From Trichinella spiralis (Eukaryota): a stretch of DNA of 64,000 nt. Location of the stretch: positions 6,726,122 to 6,790,121 of the forward strand of contig NW_003526943.1 of the NCBI RefSeq assembly GCF_000181795.1. Direction: 5' to 3'. The translations under genes and the position numbers were made by a program. Below the pieces are notes generated by a model. It was not told where the DNA came from, did not search any database, and saw nothing but the letters and a program-made list of their open reading frames with translations. Positions 15,401 through 27,578 of the stretch are shown here, one piece after another (within the stretch, counting starts at the first letter, position 1; each line of letters begins with the position of its first letter).

Positions 15401-18320
15401 TGCTAAAACAAAAATAAAACCTTATAATAACAGTTAAAGTAGTGCATGTTCATCAGTTACTTTTCGTCGAAGAATTTTGGGGCCGTTGAGCAACAAAATA
15501 CGAGCCATACGTTCTACAAGTGTGCTGTAGGAAATAATAACAAACAGCTGAAGATATATATATATTAAAATAATTATATCTTTTTGCAAAAAAAATCATG
15601 AAATTTACTTGAGTAAGAAAAAATACAGTAACCAAAAGCGAAAACGGACGTTCATCGTTTATCTAGAAAAATTAATTTCTCATTTTGGATGAATAGAAAC
15701 CAAAAGTAAAAAATCTTACATCAGGAATTGCATATATAGAATTTAAATATACTGGCAAAAAAAGTTTTGACATCAACTGATCAATCAAAACTTTATTCAA
15801 ATCTTCCACATCCAAACAAAGAATGTCGTTTAAATAATGGATGTGGTCTTGATGGTCGGCAATGAGATCTCTCATACGATCGACACCAGACCTTCAAGTT
15901 TAAATCACTCTGTTAAGTTACATTTTAAAAAATCATTTCCAATAAAGCATCACCAACTGGCATTTTCAACCAACCCGTTAATTTCGTTAGCCCGTTGTCT
16001 TATGAACCAAACAAGGTTAGAAAAATAAGGAACAGCAGTATTGTCCCGTATAAAACGAATCACTTGAGGATCGTTTACTAAAACACAGACGTGTAAGTAT
16101 TTGCGTATGCATATCTGTAATATCAAAGTATATAAACGTACCTTTAAAAACGTTAAGCGTTAAAGTCCGAACAGCAATTCGGACCATACTCTCTGCATGA
16201 TTAAAAAATTTAATCGCTTCCGTGTACAGAGGGAAATCTAATGTATGCTGAAAATGACGAAAAATACATGCAACAACAAATCTCGATAATCATATTTATA
16301 TGATATCAATGTAATAATTTATTATACTGATTTAAAATTATTTGTTAACAATTTGTTAATAATTAAATTAACACTTAATTTCAAAAATTGAACTTTCAGT
16401 TTGTGAATTAAAATTTATAAACAGCATTAACAGAGAGCATAGAAAATTAATTACATTTTAAATAAATTCAAAACAAACATTTAAAACATACTTGAACCAA
16501 AATTTGAATTTCAATTTTAACATGATAATTTACCATTTTCCTATCTAAACAAAACAAACCTTGAATATCAATTACAGTAAAACCTGATGATTCGTATCGC
16601 CGTTTGAAATTCACAAAAATATACTACATTAAAAATGTTCAACATTTTATCAATTATTTAAACGCTATGAAAATTTTGATTGTCAAAAAGAAAAACCACT
16701 GCAACCCCCAAAAAAACAGACTACACCTGCTAAACAATAAAAATCAGAACAGATTGAACAATACGATAAAATAAAAAGGCATTAAAAATAAGTATACTGT
16801 ACTTAATGTGAACTGAGCTCTGAAATACTGCACAAAAAAATCAATTACCAAGATAAAACTAAGTTAACACAAGCAGGAAAAGTATTAACTTTACGATATG
16901 TGCAAATGAATGCTAAGTCAACACATTCAAGAATCGAATCACAATATTCGAAAACATGCACAAACAACAATGTAACCTTATGAAGTATTAAAAGCCATTT
17001 TCAACTGATAATGATATGACTTGTTTCGCAAATTTTTAATTAAAATGCAAATAATGTGTTACCTCGTTAAAAAAGAAATGCACTGTGTTGACGTTCAATT
17101 TAAAGGACAGCGTTTTCAAAAAAGATATATAGTAGGCAAGAATCTGCAAAAATTAATTAATACAATAGCATAATGTTGTGTAAATCAATAACTCATACTT
17201 CTTCATCAGAAAAATCAAATCGGTACGTGATAATCGAATTCACATGGTTGTTTGACAACAAGTAATCTGAAAAGTAAAGATTTTCAAATACAAACAACTT
17301 CAAAGTGGTTCACAGCAAGTGATGCAATTTGCAAAGTTGCAATTTTCTCGAACATGTTGAGCAAATAATTATAGTTTAAACGCTTACATAACGAAGTTTC
17401 ATTACGAATATTTTCAAAAAGTATGTTTAACGTTTGAAGCAGCTGTATGCATACGAAGCGTCCACACTTTTGGCGCATAATGAAAAGAAAAAAAGAGAGC
17501 ATGTTTTTTTCCAAGAAAAAACTAAAATAATTTAATAAATGTCAGTGATTTATCCTGTTGCTGCTATCTATTTTAAATTTGTAGACTTACTCAAAAACTG
17601 AAGAATCATTCTGATCGCCCCAAATCAAAATTTCTGAAATCAGACGAAGCGCTTCCACAAGAAGTGCACGATTTTGTTCAGTAACGATTGCATTTTTAGT
17701 AAGCAAATCACAAAGATACCTAAAACACAAGATAAAATTACAGCTGTGCAGTACAAAACATTGAAACTTTTACAACAAAAAAATTCCAAAGTCGTTGCAA
17801 TTTCATCTTCTGATTAACGAAAATTATTAATATACTATCATAACAAACAATTTTATAACCAGCTCCTCGTTCTATTTATGTACAAACAGGTTCTTCCATT
17901 GCAATAAATTGTAAATATGCCATTATAAAAAATAAAGTCACGCCATTTAAATTTGCATTAAAATGACTTAATTAAATAAAAATAATTCTGAAATGAATAA
18001 CACAGTAAAAATTCATAATATATGTAACTTAAAAATAATATACTTTATTCAGAATAAAAATATCTGTTGTAAAGTAGTAAATAAGCTTATGGGCTGTTAC
18101 TTTTAATGTTCGAATTTGAAAACTTATTTGCAAATTGGAAATAGTATACTCAATATAGAAAACAAATATGTTACGCAAAATGTCTAAATTTATCTGCATA
18201 ATGTAAACTTTACATTTTAAATATAATAATCAATGATAACAATTACTTCAGATATTCCAATGAATGCTGATTCTTTGGCTTCCACAGTCCTCCAGTAGAA
18301 AAAAGTTTTCCTTTCGGCAT
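12431..18320 (-). CDS. CLEC16A: CLEC16A/Ema family protein (FPL domain; C. elegans gop-1 type), multi-exon
   Basis: [93 protein letters not shown] and [16 protein letters not shown]. Confidence 0.95.
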
Positions 18321-18899
18321 AGATTCGATTTGAATTTGACCAGATATGAAAAAAAATTCCTTTAAAAAGGATTGGGATATAAAGGCAACACAATTTTGAG
18401 CACGTTTAAAGGTAAAAACCGAAAAAAATAAGCAAGCAACATTCCATCATATAAACTTATTTTTGACTAATACAGTATATGAATATTACTGTAATGTAAA
18501 ATTCATGTTAAATATGCTTTGCGGTAAATATGGCATTATACATTGTATGTAATGTAAAAGTATTTGATAAAATAAAAAAATTTTCCTCAAAAATATATTT
18601 ATTAAATGTTTCAATTTACCTAGTGCATTTTTATTCACGTTTGCATTTTTCCATTCAGCTTTCACATTTCCAGCATTTCATTGTCTTCATTCTGCATCAA
18701 ATAGAAACAGAAAAAATAATAATGAATTGCTTGAATTTATAAAAACGTGTTGTTTTGTTTTCATTGTTCCATTCTAATTTCAAAAATTCCTTTTTATACA
18801 TCTGCAATGTTCATAGTTAATTAAACCTGAATATCTTTAGGTTTCTGTAAACTCGAAGTTATTTTTTTCCGAGTTTCGTGGCAGCTTACCTACCATAAG

Positions 18900-21800
18900 A
18901 TGTCACTTTTTCCTGCTTATGATAATGCTAATGAGGGTGCCAAATTATCAGGAAATTTAGCTGAAGATTCTCTAAAAGCGCCCGCTTGGCTATCGAATAC
19001 AAGTTATCAACCAACTGTAAGAGTTGAAAAAGAAGTCTCTAGTGAGAAATTGGAAAATGATGTACGTAAGGAGAAAAAACGAAAAAAGAAAGATCGCAAA
19101 CATCGCAAAAAGGAAAAGAGGAAAGATAAAGAAAAAACGAGGAAATCTGATTATGAAAACAAAGTAAGGATAAAGTTTTCATTTACAACTTCAGACTGTT
19201 CTGAAACAAGTATATTTTGCGATAAATTCAGAGACACCTCAAATTATTATTACGATTCGTTTCAATCTAAATATGTTGCAAAATATAGTTATCCTCGTGG
19301 ATTGCAGAAATGCTTATGTTTAAGTGATAAAACTGAAGAATATATAAATTCAATTAATAAACAACTTTTTGAAATATCAGCAAATAAAAAGAACGATCGA
19401 TATTTTGGATCATCGAAGTTAAGACGAAGAAAGAATAACGATAGTATGTTTTCAATAGTGCCGAGTTTATATTCTGATGAAAGTGAAAAGTTGGAAGAAT
19501 TCATTCCTCTGAATTCTACAATAGTTACGGACGACGGTACAATTTGTCAGTATGATTATAAGTTAAAGATGTATCGTCCTATTGAAAAAGAGTTGGATTC
19601 CGCTCAATCACTTCACAGTGAGGATTCTCTTCTAACTTCGGACGATTACAAAATGTTCAGTGAATACAGTGAAGTGAAACGTTTTAGCAAAGCTCTTAAT
19701 TCCACGCCAAAAGATGCTACTCTGTGGAAACAGTTTCTCACTTTTCAAGATTCATCGTATGAAGAAGCTCAAAATGCCAAACATCATAAGCAGAAGATTC
19801 CTCGATTAGCCTTCTTGGAAAGGAAACTCGCCATTTTGAATAAAGCTATAGGCCATTGTCCAAACGATGTAGAACTGCAGATAATGCGAGTAAACATTTA
19901 CCGAGAGATGGGCAACAGTACAGAATATATTAATAAAGAATGGCATCGGTTGGAATTTACTTTTGTCAACCGTAATGAAATGTGGATTGGAAAATTGCAA
20001 AATAATTTAAATTCATTTCTTACCTTTTCGGTTGATAAACATCTGTCTGCGTTTGATCTGTGTTTGTCGAAAAGTTTTGCTGTTTTGAGTGGTCATTTGG
20101 TTACTCATCCTCCTTTGGAAGGTGCTGCAGAATTTTTTCTGAATTGTCTTCTTGGAAAAGTTGAATTTCTTATGTAAGTATACTTTTTAGGAATAGAAAC
20201 TTTTAATAATATTAAGCGGTTAACGCATTGCGAATATTTATTTTAGAAAACTTCGCTTTTAAATTAAATATTCACTGTTACTTTTCTTTATGGACCAGTA
20301 TATTACTTGAAAATTTTCATTCTCTTAAAATCGTTAAATATTTTTGGCTAACATGTTTTTAGATATAAGACAGAAGACGGAGGTAGTCTTTTTCGCCAAC
20401 TGACCCCGCCTATTTTTTACTAGTTTGGTTTGATTAGCTAGTGGCTTGATTTTCATTTAGGCTGGTATTGGTTAACTTTTCTTTATGTAATATTGGTTAT
20501 TTTTTCCGTTTTAATTATTAAATGTAAATATAATCAAGAATATTAAATTTTCTGAAATGCCGTTTATCGCTTCAAGTGCATGAGTTGAATTTGAGTGAAA
20601 TTAATCAATTTAATTTTAAAATGGAAATGCATTTTGTATCCTGAAACAGAAAATTCAATAATAATTCATAATAATCGTACATTTTGTGAAATAATTTGCT
20701 CATTGACGAGCCCAATTTTTATTCTTATAGTTAAAGTTTTAAACTTGATAATCGTTTACTTATTTATTATATCATAATTGTTGTGGGTATCTCAATACCG
20801 AATGCCAATTTTTGTTGATAATCTTGAGCAAGGACAGTGGCACAGTAAAGTCAAGCCATTGGAATCAGTACTGATAATGAAAATTATTCTCAAAATTATG
20901 CAATTGGGAGGCTTTTTGATTAGAGGAGAGAAAGCTTTTAGGCTTTTTCAATTGTTGCACTAATTCCGTGCTTTGCTAAACGAAAAATTTATCATTTATT
21001 TATTAAAATAACGCTTTTTGCTCTTAGTGAAGATTTTTATTAGTTTATTTGTTTTGTGCCTTTTCGAGTTGCGCTGTTAGTTCTGCCAGTGCTGAGGAAA
21101 ATGGCCGAACTTGGAATGAAGACGCGGAAACGAGAAAGAAAGTCAAGATACTGCTGGGAAAAACTGTTACGGGCCCCTTGATAGCCTTGCTTGATTATTT
21201 TTTTTATCAAGAATTAGTAAATTGCCCCTGTGGAATGTATATAATGTAAAGACTTGGTTTTCTTCGGTTAGCATTTTTGCCCCATTTTCTTATTGCTGCA
21301 GCATTATATGCTCGTATTATATGTTACGCAATCAAAAATTTGGACCAATGAAATGAAAAATATTGTAGCTAATCAAAACAGAATAATTTGAATCAATAAA
21401 CAGTTGGATAAGAGAACCTAAGCATGCAATGAGAAGTTACGCCATTAGCATCCAATGAGGAGAACTCGAATTCCAATAAGAAAACGCGGCAAAAATCCTG
21501 ACCGAAGAAAGCCATCCCTCCACCTATAATTGTTTCTAATATTTATTCATTTGTTATATATTTATTTTCATTTATACATCCATATTATTGCATTATAATT
21601 TACTACAGAATAAAATATTAAGCATAAATATTCATAATTAGAGATTGGCAGATACTATCTTGTATTAAAACAAATTATCTGATTGATGGCTCATCAAACA
21701 TGTAACGTGTTAGCCTACAACATTGGCTGTCTAACAAATTATATGTGATCCTCACAAAATTGGAACATATTAATTTAGATACATGCCTTTTACATTGGTG

Positions 21801-24244
21801 AGGTGTATTTTTGACTAATAAAAGCAATTTTGTTCTCAGTTACACTTTTAGTTACTTGTGATGACATTTCATTAATTACAGTAGATTTAAAAAAAAATAT
21901 GAGTTTTCAATAACTGATATGAAACAGGAATAGGGAAAAGAATAATTGACCAATGGAAACTCAGAGTGCGAATGTAGGTAAAGTTCAGTCGAGACAATCG
22001 AACTAAACTGAAAACAGGATATGATTTACTGTATGCTAAATGAAATTTAGGTTGGATTTTATTTTAACAGTTATCGTGAATTTTATTTAATATAGAATAA
22101 ACATTTTCGTTTCATTTGTATGTTATAATAATAAATTCATTTGTAAAAAATAGATTGTAAAGAAATTTTAAATTTCAATTCGAGATTACATTTTGATGAA
22201 TTTTGTGTTCAGGAATGTTGGTCAGTCGGAAAAGGCTGTCTGCACGGTGCAAGCTTTATTGGAATTTAACCTCTGCATGCCTGAAGATGTGAGAAATTTG
22301 AAATTGGAAATGCAACGAACACTGTTCGAAGCATACTGGAACAACTCGGCTTCACATTTGGGCGAAGCTGGTTGGCAAAGTTGGCGTACAGTTTCCAGTG
22401 GGCCGTTGGTGAAGAAAAATGAAAATGTGGATGAATGTCAAGTTGTGGATTTTGAATCGAAAGTGATCGAAGAAGAGAAGCGGTTGATTAGCGCAAATAG
22501 GCAGTGTTCGATGCGCAAATGCTGGTTAGAGTTGGAACGTCTGAGGGAAAAGAATCACTGGTTGCCTTGGTCGCAGAGCAGCGGCGAACCTGAAGATCCA
22601 GAGCGAGTGGTACTTTTTGAAGATTTCGAGTCGACCTTGTACGAGCTGCCTTCTGAAGAGTTGAAATATTGGTTAACAATAGAAGCGTTGCAGGCGTTGA
22701 AATTGGCGACGTTGCCTCGTTATCAAAGTTCTAACCGGATGTTGTTCTACGAACTTGGATGTATGGAAGAAGGAGTGAAATTTCATTTTCAAAAAATGCC
22801 ATTAATGGCGAACGCTTGGGATTTGTTTGTCGATCGTGAAGACAGGTTCGATGTGTTTTGTGATCAGTGCAAGCAGCTTTTGCCCGCTTATCCGTGGGCT
22901 TGTTATTTGTCGTCGGCACAGATTTACAATCGTTCATTTCAAATTGCGGACAGAACCGACTTGAGCCCTGGGGCACGGGTGAAGCTGTTTCGCCAGTATT
23001 GTAAAAAACTGTTGAGCGACTCTGAGCAGCAGAACAACGCCCTCTTGTATCTCGCCTATAGCAATGGTTTGGCCAGATTGGGCGATTTGGCCGAGTCGGC
23101 CAGCAGCGCTCAGAAGACGCTTGCCAGCGTTTGCGCGGTCGAGGGTGTGGCTCTGCTTGGGGCACCGTTCGACGACGTTCAGTTGTCGACGACGTTGGTT
23201 TTGCTTTGTCGGGTTGCGGAACGGTGCTTGGAGTTGTCTGTGGAACAGAATGCTAGCAGAGTGGTCGATTTGATCAGCAGCTTTTTCTTGGATGCTTGCA
23301 GCGGTGTTCGACCACCGGCAGCTGCTGGCGATGTTGTTCAGTTGAAAAGTGCCTTCCAGCGTCTCGAACAACGACTGCTAGTCGAATACGAGCAATGCTT
23401 GCTCGAAGAAGCCGGCCTGGGACCGTCTTCGCGGCACTTCTCTTTCGGATGGCTGGGCAGCAGTTTCGTGGCTTGCAGACACGCCCGGGCGTTGCTCCAT
23501 TTTTCGCTGGGCAGTCGACTGGAGGATTGCCAGCGGATTTATGAAGAGACCAGAGAGCAGCTGAAACGTGCTTGGTCGGCAGTATCTGGTATTGACGGTC
23601 GAGCTAAGTATGCGCTTCAATTGGATGTGGAACGTTGTTGCGAATGGGAACTGTGGTTGGTCAATTTGCAAAGTCGACGAGGGTTCGGCTTGCACCAGCC
23701 GGCTGTTGTGATCGATACGGCGAACAAGCTCTGGTCTGACTGTCCGAACAATGCCAATTTGTTGCACACCTACTGCGAGACCCAAGCCAAGGCGGAACTG
23801 CTAGTCTGGCTTCGGCGTTCGTTGAAGCTCCACTCGGCGGACTGTCCGTGGATGCGTTACGTTGGCGCTTTTCATGTTGAATTTGGCAAATTTTTACAAC
23901 TGCAAGATGAACACGATCACTGCTTGGATTGGATATGGCGTCTTCGCGGCCTGCTCGAAACCGCCCTCAACCACTATCCGCAGTCGACATTGTTCTGGCG
24001 CCTGCTTGTCCGAATTGAGGGTCTGTTTGCCCGTTTCAACGGAGATTGGACTCGTGTGGAATCGGTCGCCTACCGGGCAGTGCACCGGTGCCCGTACAGC
24101 AAGGCGTTGTTCGTCGACGCGATGGAAGTGATCGTCAGCGATTCGACCGCCTCGGCGTTGGTAGATCTGATGTCAGAGAAGGGCATACGTCTCCGTTTGA
24201 CCATGGAAGAGCTTACTCTGCTGCGTGCTCAGAATGATCAGTAG
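18900..24244 (+). CDS. NRDE2: Nuclear RNAi defective-2 / nuclear exosome regulator NRDE2, 2 exons (18900-20173, 22213-24244)
   Basis: N-terminus MSLFPAY..WLSNTSY, a Lys-rich stretch, HAT-like repeats (P.D..LW, ERKLAILNKAI), GQSEKAV..QALLEFN, EDPERVVLFED and C-terminal CPYSKALF...LMSEKGIRLR. The phase-2 intron AT|gtaagt...ttcag|G joins the two long ORFs in frame. Confidence 0.93.
21259..21510. repeat. 37-bp imperfect inverted repeat (MITE-like foldback) in the NRDE2 intron
   Basis: 21259-21295 TTTCTTCGGTTAGCATTTTTGCCCCATTTTCTTATTG matches the reverse complement of 21474-21510 (TTTCTTCGGTCAGGATTTTTGCCGCGTTTTCTTATTG) at 33 of 37 positions. Confidence 0.75.
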
Positions 24245-24447
24245 ATTTGATTTCCACTGGATTGGATTGAATTTTCAACTTTTTCCATTTTGTTGTTTTA
24301 TTTATTTGTTAAATAAATTATACTTTTGCCAGTTGTGTGGCAACTGTGCAGCAATGCTGTGCCAAGAAGAAGGGAATGAATTGCCTTCGAATTCGATGCT
24401 TTTTTGTCTTTGGTTTTTCTTTTGTTTTGCCAAATTTTCGTATATAG

Positions 24448-25570
24448 ATGTTTTTTTACAGATTCGACGATTCGCTAATCATGATTGGCGATCATGAAGC
24501 TCTACTCGAACCCAAACGATGCAGGTATTCTTTTTAAACTCCTTTTTTTGTTATTAATCAGAAAGCAAACATAATTTCAACAAATTTTGGAAAAATTCTT
24601 TTTTTTTAATCCGAACAGGTAAACTGTGAAAACGAAATCCAACTTTGCGTTGATATTACGAAACAACAAATTAGCCTAATTCTAGGCAGCCTGCAATTGT
24701 AGCGTTTCATTATTTGTTTCGAACGATCGCCTTGCTTGTTTACGTTTTCAGTGAATGGGTTAGTGGCAGTTTCATCGTCAGTTGCTTGTCTATAGTAAGC
24801 TTTTCCACTAGTGAAATATGTACGCTTTATCATTGCATATATTTTGTAGATTATATTTTCATCTGTGGACTTTTGGACTGTGAAAAATATAACTGGACGG
24901 AAATTGGTCCGTTTGCGTTGGTGGAATGTTGTCGACGAAAATGGCAATAGTATATGGAAATTCGAGGCAAAGCAGGTGCGACGAAATTTGATCTCACCAA
25001 ACAAACAAACAAGCAAAAATGATCGACAGTTGTCGTCACAAAATTGATTTTGATTTAAATTTTGAATTTGTTCATTTTTAGGATCCTGACAATATCAACC
25101 CAGTGGAATCGCAGTTCTTTTGGGCTGGCTTGCTTGTGTTCCCTCTGCTGTGGATTATTTTCATTCTGGTCACTTTTTTCACACTCAAATGGAACTGGAT
25201 GGTCAGAAAAATGAACGCAAACGACACAAAAATAAGCACCAATAAAAAAATCTTTTTCATATTTTCAGATGATCTGCATGTTTGCACTGTCGATGACTGG
25301 TACCAATTTGTACGGTTATTTGCGCTGCAAGTGGAATTCACGTCAAGAGATGTCTTCGTATTTGCGACAGGGCATCTTGAATAGGGTATATATATGCAAC
25401 ATATGCTTTGTTTGTTTTTATTAATTTGCATCAACACGTGAATGTGCTATTTTTTCCAACAACAGGTGTTGATCCGTGATAATCCAGTGCGGAATTTGTT
25501 CAAACGACGATCAACTGAAGCGGCGGAAAGCACGAAAATCCAGTCACCATCTTCTTTAATCGAATTATAA
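24448..25570 (+). CDS. TVP23: Golgi apparatus membrane protein TVP23/FAM18, 6 exons
   Basis: [48 protein letters not shown] and NLYGYLRC. The start is either of two in-frame ATGs, 24448 or 24481. Confidence 0.9.
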
Positions 25571-25948
25571 TTGATATATGTTTTTTGTTGTTTTGTTTTA
25601 ATTTCATAATTTCATCAATGAATAATAAATTAACATGTCAGTTTTGTTTATTGTTAAAAAATATATATTTATTTATTTATCAACTGTTAGTTTAACTTTT
25701 GCTTCTTTCACCTTCAGAAAAGGCATATGCATGCACAGTAATTGAAAATTACTGCAAAACATTAATTGTTCTCCGTTTCAATGAAACAATTATGATTGAA
25801 AAGTTAACATAAAAAAACACATGCTATGTATGAACGAATGAATATTCAAACAACGGGCAGAAATCGTTTTTCTCTTCTTCTTCTTTGCCGCCCTTTATTG
25901 GACGAAATGGCGACATATTTCCAATTGAGCTTATAAATTATGATAGAT

Positions 25949-27578
25949 TCAGCCACTTGTCGACGACATGTTTGCCGTTGTACGTTGTTGGAAAGCGAAT
26001 GGACTGTCATCGGGTATGGCATTTTTCTGTTTATGAGTTACTGAAAAAAAAGCAAAAAAAGAAATAACACATATCATCAATTGATAGGATAAATAAGCTA
26101 AAAGTATGCATAAATTATAGATTGTTGTGCAGAGAGTTTCCTCTTTGCTGTCATTGGTGTCACTTTTGTGAAAGCATCGACTGGAACTGTGAAACAGTGT
26201 TGTTTCACAAAAATTAAATGATTGCAAAAAAATTTGTCATCAGTAATTGATCGAGCAAAACGATCATGTTGCTTGATAAGAATAAGAAACGCAATTTGTT
26301 AAAAAAATAATTAATCGATTAAATAAATATTTTAGATAAGTCGAATTTCAATTCTTTTTGCAACACATAATAAAATTGGAAAGAAATGCAAATAGAGAAT
26401 GCGTGTAAAAATGTTTCTTATCATTCAATCCAAAAATCATATGCAGAAATTAAAAATTGACACTTGTAAAAAAACTACTTCTTTTTCAAATAAAAGGACA
26501 ATGAATGTGAATGATTTCATAACTATTCGATTACAACAGCCGTTGTGCATTAAAAATTTGCATTATATCATGCGAGAAATGTAATTTTTTGATAAAAATT
26601 AATGTGACTATCTTCAATTTGAAATTATTGCAAATGTTCGACCACTTTCAATTCAAACATTAGTTAATTAGATGACTAATTACAGTATGATAAAAGAGAT
26701 ATTCAAGTAACAAAGTGATGAGCATAACTGTGACAATGACTTTTACGATTTTGAGCTATAGAGAGAGTTGCGCGCAGAATCAATCGATCATCACAGAGAC
26801 GAGTCTCAGCAGGGTCTGTCGAAATTGACTACAGGCGTCGTCTAAACGACTGAAGTGCATGCTAACTGAGGCCAAACGAGGCAACAAACGACTATGCTTG
26901 CTAACTGAGGTTGGTGTCGCGGGCAATCAGTTGCGCAACAAGAACCCCGGTCGGTTGTTGTGGCAATTGATCGTCCGGCACAAACGTGCCAATCAAGCCG
27001 TAGCTGTCGACGGCCACGTCCTCCAAGTGACATTGTTTACTCACCCATGCGATCGATCTCCTGTCCCAAAGCGAACGAGATGGCGACGAGCACGATGCAA
27101 ATGACCGTCAACGAGACGCCGACCACGCAGACGATTTTTCGAATCTTCGCCCTGTGGCGGTCCGGAGACATTTTTCCGGCATCACGGAGCGAAGGGTTCG
27201 AATCCCCGCCGCTGGTAGTGTCTCTGGACATTCTCGGGCCTGGTATGTACTCGGGCTCCAGCTTGAACGAAGTCGACTTCTTCTGAACCACCGGCTCACG
27301 GCTCTGACTGCTCAGCACGGTCGGCTGATAAACTGCTGATTCCGTTTCAGCATCTGCCATCGAACATTCTAACATCTGCATCTGCAAGCCATCAATTTTT
27401 AACCACATTCAACGTTGTTGTTGTTTTTTTGGTTTAATTTAATTTTTTCAGCTTTATACTTTTAAGCTTTCGTCAAAATGGCTAACAAGCTTACTTGGCG
27501 GTGGTCGTCCAACGGCGCCACTTTCAAACCGTTCCCTTTCGACTGGCTATCAATTAGTGTCGTTTGCTCATTCGTCAT
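25949..27578 (-). CDS. Uncharacterised small single-pass membrane protein, 3 exons (27578-27495, 27381-27045, 26040-25949)
   Basis: Exons are phase-consistent with GT-AG introns, and the middle exon is GC-rich. A basic stretch precedes one TM segment (RAKIRKIVCVVGVSLTVICIVLVAISFALGQEIDRM). No family recognised. Confidence 0.65.

Noticed and set aside
18900..20177. 425-aa ORF as a separate gene or truncated pseudogene
   Set aside because: Its stop lies inside the splice donor gtaagt, and it joins the 683-aa ORF in frame.
22488..24131. Antisense and alternate-frame ORFs over NRDE2 exon 2
   Set aside because: Expected by chance opposite a GC-rich coding exon.
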